DNA from: Dongiaceae bacterium
Lineage (GTDB): Bacteria > Pseudomonadota > Alphaproteobacteria > Dongiales > Dongiaceae
Direction: 5' to 3'
NCBI GenBank assembly: GCA_050180895.1
Contig: JBFXDS010000017.1
Location: 3,559-67,558, forward strand
DNA: 64,000 nucleotides
The translations under genes and the position numbers were made by a program. Shown here in pieces: positions 58,443-64,000 of the stretch. Positions within the stretch are counted from its first letter, which is position 1. Each line of letters begins with the position of its first letter. The notes under the pieces are model-generated. The model was not told where the DNA came from and ran no database searches. It saw only the letters and a program-made list of their open reading frames with translations.

Positions 58443-59089
58443 GCGATCCCCGCGCCGCGTTCGTCCGCGGGCAGACCGTGCTCGCGACCGCCGCGCTGGT
58501 TCCTGAGATCCGCCTCCATCTGGCGACCGAGGTGACGCCGCTGTGGCGCGCGACCGAGGCGGTGCTGGCCGCGCGCGACGTGCCGCCGCCCTACTGGGCC
58601 TTCGCCTGGCCGGGCGGGCAGGCGCTGGCGCGCTATGTCCTCGATCATCCCGAGGTCGTGCGCGGCAAGCGCGTCCTCGATTTCGCTGCCGGCAGCGGCC
58701 TCGCCGCCATTGCGGCGGCGCGGGCCCGGGCCGCCGACGTCACCGCCGCCGACACCGATGCCCATGCCGCCGCCGCCATCGCCCTCAACGCCGCGGCCAA
58801 CGCGGCGGCGATCGGCATCCTGACCGCCGACCCGATCGGCCGTCCCTCGGCCTGGGACGTGGTCCTGGCCGGCGATGTCTGCTACGAACAACCGATGGCC
58901 GACCGCACGCTGGCCTGGCTGCGGATGCTGGCGGCGGAGGGCACGGATGTGCTGCTCGGCGACCCCGGCCGCACCTACCGCCCGCAGGACGGGCTCGCGG
59001 AACTGGCGCGCTATCAGGTGCCGACCAGCCTCGAGCTGGAGACCCGCACATTGTGCGACACCACGGTCTGGCGGTTGCTGCCGCAATGA
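58439..59089 (+). CDS. class I SAM-dependent methyltransferase (PrmA-like small MTase)
   Basis: GTG 58439 overlaps the ubiA stop (GTGA). WAFAWPGGQALARYVLDHPEVVRGKRVLDFAAGSGLAAIAAA..ADTD..VLAGDVCYE. Confidence 0.65.
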   Translation: MSDPRAAFVRGQTVLATAALVPEIRLHLATEVTPLWRATEAVLAARDVPPPYWAFAWPGGQALARYVLDHPEVVRGKRVLDFAAGSGLAAIAAARARAADVTAADTDAHAAAAIALNAAANAAAIGILTADPIGRPSAWDVVLAGDVCYEQPMADRTLAWLRMLAAEGTDVLLGDPGRTYRPQDGLAELARYQVPTSLELETRTLCDTTVWRLLPQ

Positions 59090-59859
59090 ATGTGAGGGAG
59101 CGAATCATGGCGAATGCGTCGCGGCTTGTCGGCCGGATCGCGGAGATCTGGCGCTATCCCGTGCAGTCGATGCAAGGCGAACGACTCGACACGGCTGAGA
59201 TCGCGGCGAACGGCGTCGTCGGCGACCGCGCCTACGGCATCGTCGATCCCGATGTCGGCATGGTCGTGTCGTCCGCCCAGGGCCGGCGCAAGTGGCGCGG
59301 CATCGTCACCCTCGCCGCCCGCTACGCCGCCGCGCCGGGGAGGAACGGAACCGCCGCCCCGATCGAGATCCTGCTGCCCGACGGCACGGCGCTCACGAAC
59401 GATCGCGCGGACATCGACTCTCGTCTGACCGACGCGCTCGGCGCGCCCGTGCATCTGGCCGACAAGGCCGCGGAGCATGCGCGCTCCGAGTATGGCCATG
59501 CGCCGCTGCACCTGTTGACCACGGCGAGTTTACAGCAATTCGCCGAGCACCACCCGGAGGGACGGTTCGCCCCGGCGCGCTTTCGCCCCAATCTGCTCAT
59601 CGACATGGGCGAGGAGAAGGGATTTGCCGAGCAGGGCTGGATGGAGCGCCGCTTCCGCCTCGGCGGCGGCGTCGAGATCGCGGTCACCGAGCATTGCAAG
59701 CGCTGCGTCATGACCACCCTGCCGCAGGGCGACCTGCCGATGGACCCGGTGATCCTGCACACGACCAGCATGCACAACCAGACCCGCGCCGGAATCTACG
59801 CCGCGGTGCTGACGCCGGGCGAGGTGCGCGTCGGCGATCCCGTGCATGCGATCGGATGA
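59086..59859 (+). CDS. MOSC domain-containing protein
   Basis: ATGA overlap with the previous stop. VGRIAEIWRYPVQSMQGERL..GVVGDRAYGI..RFRPNLLI..CKRCVMTT..GIYAAVL. Confidence 0.8.
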   Translation: MNVRERIMANASRLVGRIAEIWRYPVQSMQGERLDTAEIAANGVVGDRAYGIVDPDVGMVVSSAQGRRKWRGIVTLAARYAAAPGRNGTAAPIEILLPDGTALTNDRADIDSRLTDALGAPVHLADKAAEHARSEYGHAPLHLLTTASLQQFAEHHPEGRFAPARFRPNLLIDMGEEKGFAEQGWMERRFRLGGGVEIAVTEHCKRCVMTTLPQGDLPMDPVILHTTSMHNQTRAGIYAAVLTPGEVRVGDPVHAIG

Positions 59860-59898
59860 GGTCGGTGACGCGCGCATCTCCAATGCGCATGACCACCC

Positions 59899-59981
59899 TG
59901 CGTCCTTCGACAAGCTCAGGATGAGGGCGAATCTTGGTGGCACGAGAACTATCCCTCATCCTGAGCCTGTCGAAGGACGCA
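59899..59981 (+). repeat. 83-nt hairpin MITE/REP-like element, copy h
   Basis: TGCGTCCTTCGACAAGCTCAGGATGAGGG..loop..CCCTCATCCTGAGCCTGTCGAAGGACGCA. Confidence 0.9.
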
Positions 59982-60045
59982 GGATGCAGATCCCAGCCTC
60001 CCGAGGAATCGTGCAGGAATATCTTCTTTGCCGACCGATTCGCCA

Positions 60046-61086
60046 ATGACTCCCCCGCATGATGCCGCCGCGCCGGAACCGCCACCCGAACTGGCGGCGG
60101 CGCTGTCGCGGCTGAACCTCGTCTCGGCGGGCGAGCGGCCGCGCTTCACGCCACTGCCGGGCGGCGTGTCGTCGGACATCTGGCGGGTCGATCTGGCGAG
60201 CGGCCCGCTCTGCGTCAAGCGCGCCCTGCCCAAGCTGAAGGTCGCCGCCGAGTGGCGCGCGCCTGTCGAGCGCAACGCCTATGAGGTCGCCTGGATGGAG
60301 ACCGCCGGCCGCATCCTGCCGGGCAGCGCGCCGCGCATCCGCGGCCACGACTCCGCCGCCGGCCTGTTCGCCATGGAGTTCCTCGATCCCGCGCTATACC
60401 GGCTGTGGAAGACCGAGCTCCGCGACGGCCGTGCCGACCCCGGCTTCGCCGCCGCGGTCGGCCGCAGCCTCGCCGCCATCCACGCCGGGACCGCCGACGA
60501 CCCGGCCGTGGCCAGCCGCTTCGCCACCGACGCGATCTTCCACGCCATCCGCCTCGAGCCCTACCTGGAGGCGACAGCGCGCGCCCACCCGGACCATGCC
60601 GCCGCGCTGGCCGCCCTGGTCGCCGTCACCGCGCAGACCAAGCGGACATTGGTCCATGGCGACGTCAGCCCGAAGAACATCCTGGTCGGGCCGGGCGGCC
60701 CGGTCTTCCTCGATGCCGAGTGCGCCTGGTACGGCGATCCCGCCTTCGATTTTGCATTCTGTCTTAATCACTTGCTGCTTAAATGCCTGTGGCGTCCGCA
60801 AGCCGCTGCCCGCTTCCTCGATTGCTTCGGCGCGCTGGTCGCGTCCTACTGCGCCGGCGTCGCCTGGGAGGCGCCGGCCGCCCTTGAGCGCCGGGCGGCC
60901 CGCCTGCTGCCGGGCCTGCTGCTGGCGCGCATCGACGGAAAGTCGCCGGTCGAGTACATAGCGGCCGAAGCGGACAAGACGATGGTGCGCAAGACGGCAG
61001 GATGGTTGCTGGCCAAACCCGTCGAGCGGCTCGCGGCCGTTGCCGATTCGTGGCGCAAGGCCCTGGCGGGAACGAAACTGGGTTAA
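60046..61086 (+). CDS. APH-fold phosphotransferase, methylthioribose-kinase-like
   Basis: PLPGGVSSDIWRV, CVKRALPKLKV, catalytic loop HGDVSPKNILVG, LDAECAWYGDPAFDFAF. Confidence 0.7.
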   Translation: MTPPHDAAAPEPPPELAAALSRLNLVSAGERPRFTPLPGGVSSDIWRVDLASGPLCVKRALPKLKVAAEWRAPVERNAYEVAWMETAGRILPGSAPRIRGHDSAAGLFAMEFLDPALYRLWKTELRDGRADPGFAAAVGRSLAAIHAGTADDPAVASRFATDAIFHAIRLEPYLEATARAHPDHAAALAALVAVTAQTKRTLVHGDVSPKNILVGPGGPVFLDAECAWYGDPAFDFAFCLNHLLLKCLWRPQAAARFLDCFGALVASYCAGVAWEAPAALERRAARLLPGLLLARIDGKSPVEYIAAEADKTMVRKTAGWLLAKPVERLAAVADSWRKALAGTKLG

Positions 61087-61112
61087 CGCGCAAGAACAAC
61101 GAGCAAGACCAG

Positions 61113-62411
61113 GTGGGCGACGACCATATCGTGAAGGTGCAGGGCCGCCGGGTCTGGGATTCGCGCGGCCGGCCGACCATCGAGGTGGAGGTGCGCCTGG
61201 CAGCCGGCGCCGTCGGCCGCGCCATCGCGCCGGCCGGCGCCTCGATCGGCAGCGGCGAGGCCCGCGACCTGCGCGACGGCGGCACCGCCTTCGGCGGCCT
61301 CGACGTCACGCGCGCGGTGAACGTCGCCAACACCGAGATCGACAACGCCCTGCACGGCCGCAATCCGCACAACCAGCTGCAGATCGACAGCATCCTCACC
61401 GAACTGGACGGCACCCGCGACCATGGCCGCCTCGGCGGCAACACCCTCGTCGCCACCTCCATGGCCGTCGCCCATGCCGCGGCGGCGGTCCGCGGCCTCT
61501 CGCTCTGGCAGTCGCTGCGCGCCGCGCCGGGTGCGCAAATGCCGCTGCCGGAGATCCAGATCTTCGGCGGCGGCGCCCATGCCGGCCGCCGCGTCGACAT
61601 CCAGGACTTCATGGTCATCGCCGTCGGCGCCAAGGAGTTTGCCGAGGCGCTCGACTGGACCGCGGAGGTCTATCGTGCCGCCGGCGCGCTCATGAGCGAG
61701 TCGAACCGGCTCAGCGGCGTTGCCGACGAGGGCGGCTACTGGCCGGCCTTCGACAGCAACGAGCAGGGGCTGGAGATGCTCCTGCGCGCCATCGAGCGCG
61801 CCGGCTTCGTGCCCGGCCGCGACCTCGCCATCTCCCTCGACATCGCCGCCTCGCAGTTCGGACGCGGCGGCCGCTACCGCCTGGCCCGCGACGGGCGCGA
61901 GCTCGACAGCGATGGCTTGTGCGAGCTGCTGCTCGGCTGGCTCGCGCGCTACCCCATCGTCTCCATCGAGGATCCGCTGGCCGAGGACGACGGCGCGTCG
62001 CTCGCCGGCTTCACCCACGCCGTCGGCGCCACCGTGCAGGTCGTCGGCGACGATTTTCTGGTCACCAATGCCCGGCGCGTCGACGCCGCCGTCCGCGACG
62101 GCGCCTGCAACACCGCGTTGATCAAGCCCAACCAGGCCGGCACCCTGAGCGAGGCCGAGGCGGCGCTGACCGCGGCGCGCGGTGCCGGCTGGGGCGCCAT
62201 CGTCTCGGCGCGCTCGGGCGAGAGCGAGGACACGACCATCGTCCATCTCGCCGTCGGCTGGGGCGTGCCGCAGCTGAAGGTCGGCGCCTTCAGCCGCTCC
62301 GAGCGCATGGCCAAATGGAACGAGGGCCTGCGCATCGCCGAGACGATCGGCGGCCGCCTGCCGCCGCGCACCTGCTTCCCATGGGGACGGCGGTCGCCTG
62401 CCGCGCGCTGA
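61113..62411 (+). CDS. divergent enolase-family protein (second, non-canonical enolase)
   Basis: VWDSRGRPTIEVEV, PAGASIGSGEARDLRD, GGGAHAG, DEGGY, SLDIAAS, SIEDPLAEDD, VVGDDFLVTN, IKPNQAGTL, SARSGESED, LKVG..SRSERMAKWN. GTG start at 61113 or 61131. Confidence 0.75.
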   Translation: MGDDHIVKVQGRRVWDSRGRPTIEVEVRLAAGAVGRAIAPAGASIGSGEARDLRDGGTAFGGLDVTRAVNVANTEIDNALHGRNPHNQLQIDSILTELDGTRDHGRLGGNTLVATSMAVAHAAAAVRGLSLWQSLRAAPGAQMPLPEIQIFGGGAHAGRRVDIQDFMVIAVGAKEFAEALDWTAEVYRAAGALMSESNRLSGVADEGGYWPAFDSNEQGLEMLLRAIERAGFVPGRDLAISLDIAASQFGRGGRYRLARDGRELDSDGLCELLLGWLARYPIVSIEDPLAEDDGASLAGFTHAVGATVQVVGDDFLVTNARRVDAAVRDGACNTALIKPNQAGTLSEAEAALTAARGAGWGAIVSARSGESEDTTIVHLAVGWGVPQLKVGAFSRSERMAKWNEGLRIAETIGGRLPPRTCFPWGRRSPAAR

Positions 62412-62519
62412 CGCCGCCTTGACTCCCTGCCGCCTCCTGCTCATATCGCGCTGGGCGGGGACGACCTCGCTCTTCCCCGCATCGGTAGGGACGGCCCTGC
62501 CACGGACCGGAGGTCTGTG

Positions 62520-62789
62520 ATGGCTGAACATGCGACGATCGTCGGCTCCGTCGGCGTAGGATTCCTGTTGCTGGCGTTCTTCTTGAATCTGTTCCGCTAC
62601 CTGCGTGCCGACGGCCTCCTCTATCTCGGTCTCAACCTCGTCGGCGCGGCCCTCGCCTGCTGGTCGTCCTGGCTGATCGACTTCATGCCGTTCGTGCTCC
62701 TGGAAGGCACCTGGGCGATCGTTGCCGCCGTCGCCCTCGGCCGCAGGCTGCTCGGCTTCGGCGACGCGCAACAGACCGCCGCCAATTGA
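62520..62789 (+). CDS. small membrane protein (3 TM), hypothetical
   Basis: RBS GGAGG 6 nt upstream. MAEHATIVGSVGVGFLLLAFFLNLF..LGLNLVGAALACWSSWLI..FVLLEGTWAIVAAVAL. Confidence 0.6.
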   Translation: MAEHATIVGSVGVGFLLLAFFLNLFRYLRADGLLYLGLNLVGAALACWSSWLIDFMPFVLLEGTWAIVAAVALGRRLLGFGDAQQTAAN

Positions 62790-62801
62790 CGGCCTGCACG
62801 A

Positions 62802-62827
62802 CAATCCTGAGCCTGTCGAAGGACGCA
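62802..62827 (+). repeat. half copy (right arm plus tail) of the hairpin MITE/REP-like element
   Basis: CAATCCTGAGCCTGTCGAAGGACGCA followed by the family tail CGGCGCCGGTCC. There is no left arm. Confidence 0.8.
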
Positions 62828-62856
62828 CGGCGCCGGTCCTAACCACCCTGCAATCG

Positions 62857-63261
62857 TCATCCCGACCCGCGCGGGTCGCCGACCCGCTTCTCGATCCGAT
62901 AACGGGCGTGGGCGTCGTCGACCGTAGACCAGGCGCGGCGGCCCCATTCGGCCTTCGCCTCCTCATAGCTGTCGAACGGGCCCGACCACTGCTCGGCCCC
63001 GCCGGCGGGCTCGACGAATCGCGTGTCGGTGTAGATGCCGCCGACGACCCAGAATTTCGCCGCCTGCCGCGCTTCGTCCTCTTCCTCGATGCGGTAGCGG
63101 GCATGCGCGTCGTCGACCGTGCCCCAGGCGCGGCGCTGCCATTCCGCCTTGGCTTCGCCGTGACTCGCGAACGGGCCGATGCGCTCCTCCGCGCCGCCGC
63201 CCGCCAGACGCTCGAACCGCGTGTCGGCGTAGATGCCGCCGATGACCCAGAACCGTGCCAT
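62857..63261 (-). CDS. protein made of two tandem DUF4170-like domains
   Basis: Start at Met 63261. FWVIGGIYADTRF..GPFASHGEAKAEWQRRAWGTVDDAHARYRIE is repeated as FWVVGGIYTDTRF..GPFDSYEEAKAEWGRRAWSTVDDAHARYRIE. Confidence 0.6.
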   Translation of the reverse strand: MARFWVIGGIYADTRFERLAGGGAEERIGPFASHGEAKAEWQRRAWGTVDDAHARYRIEEEDEARQAAKFWVVGGIYTDTRFVEPAGGAEQWSGPFDSYEEAKAEWGRRAWSTVDDAHARYRIEKRVGDPRGSG

Positions 63262-63406
63262 GCTCAGCCTCTCGCGCCGCGCGCCGTCGTCTCTCTGCAA
63301 TCCGAGAAGGATAGCCGGCGCGTCTGCGCGCGCAAGCAGCGCTTGACGGATCACACGCATGCGTCTATTGCGCGGTTCGCGTCAGGGGCAACGGCGAACA
63401 TCGGTC

Positions 63407-64000
63407 ATGGCGGCGAAACCCGAGGACTTCGCGCGCGTCTACGAGCGCTTCCAGGCGCCGATCGCGCGCTTCGACTGCGGCCGCCAGTGCGCGCCGCTCA
63501 ACGGCGGCGAGCCCGTCTGCTGCTCGGCCAAGAACGCCGTGCCGCTGGTGCAGAAGGCCGAATGGCGCCTGCTGAAGTCGCGCAGCGACCTGTGGCACCG
63601 CTTCAAGCCCTATGACCGTGCCAGCCGCCTGATCGTCGAGGATCTGCATCACAGCTGCACCGCCATCGAGTGCAAGGGCGTCGCCTTCTGCGAGCGCGAT
63701 AATCGCTCGATGGCCTGCCGCGCCTTCCCCTTCTATCCCTACATCACGCGCGCGGGCGAATTCGTCGGCCTCGCCTACTACTGGGACTTCGAGCATAGCT
63801 GCTGGGTGATCTCCAACATGCAGATCGTCGATCGCGCGTTCGTGCGCGAGTTCGTCGAGGCCCACGAGATGCTGTTCGCCGTCGACAAGGACGAGTTCGA
63901 CACCTTCAAGGAGCAGTCGGCCAGCATGCGCCGCGTGTTCTCGCGGCGGAAGAGCATCATCCCGCTCATCGGCCGCGACGGCGGCTTCTTCAAGGTGCTG
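63407..64000 (+). CDS. Cys-rich protein, possibly YkgJ/CxxCxxCC-type cluster family (runs off the right edge)
   Basis: Not in the ORF track (no stop in window). ATG 63407, then an open frame with high GC3: MAAKPEDFARVYERFQAPIARFDCGRQCAPLNGGEPVCCSAKN..CKGVAFCERDNRSMACRAFPFYPY. Confidence 0.6.
   Translation, partial: MAAKPEDFARVYERFQAPIARFDCGRQCAPLNGGEPVCCSAKNAVPLVQKAEWRLLKSRSDLWHRFKPYDRASRLIVEDLHHSCTAIECKGVAFCERDNRSMACRAFPFYPYITRAGEFVGLAYYWDFEHSCWVISNMQIVDRAFVREFVEAHEMLFAVDKDEFDTFKEQSASMRRVFSRRKSIIPLIGRDGGFFKVL

Noticed and set aside
3518-59981. Peptides such as SFDKLRMR.., PHPELVEGR, LILSLSKDA, VRPSTSSG appearing in many track ORFs (e.g. 9232..9420, 12094..12423, 12217..12495, 46652..46843, 54206..54445, 59846..60049) as small conserved proteins.
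   Set aside because: They are translations of the two arms of the palindromic repeat in various frames. The ORFs have no start context and overlap intergenic hairpins. The 11-codon micro-ORF in some copies is disrupted in others (ACG for ATG, CGA for TGA in copy e).

Overview
High-GC (roughly 65-70%) alphaproteobacterial, Rhizobiales-like chromosomal segment, densely coding on both strands. Housekeeping blocks are hslO-argF-argD, rpmH-rnpA-yidD-yidC, ggt, panB-panC, gpt and gshA-rsmE-ubiA. They flank an accessory-looking stretch downstream of tRNA-Arg(ACG), about 21.9-37 kb. That stretch holds a fluoride riboswitch-crcB cassette, several truncated or frameshifted gene relics and small detox-type enzymes (VOC, OsmC, GFA, DUF427, CPT-like kinase, MFS). 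It also holds five YCII/DGPF paralogs, four of them in tandem directly upstream of an ECF42-type sigma factor with a long C-terminal extension. A TGTCGA-N17-CGA(C/T) promoter-like motif occurs three times, each upstream of an operon in this cluster. That lets a small ECF regulon of unknown function be reconstructed, and it is my best candidate for an undescribed system. Other signals are listed here. (1) An 83-nt hairpin MITE/REP-like element occurs in 8 full copies plus 1 half copy, with compensatory arm changes and a conserved asymmetric tail. One copy supplies the stop codon of a gene. (2) A near-consensus sigma70-type promoter is followed by a ~675-nt non-coding stretch with four degenerate direct repeats, upstream of a small membrane protein. 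(3) Perfect CtrA boxes lie in an AT-rich island upstream of an orphan protein. (4) A divergent enolase paralog is paired with an APH-fold kinase. (5) Tandem trimethylamine-dehydrogenase-family paralogs are present. No CRISPR array, integrase, transposase, rRNA or recognisable defence genes were seen. All functional calls rest on my reading of the translated ORFs from memory of the families; no searches were run.
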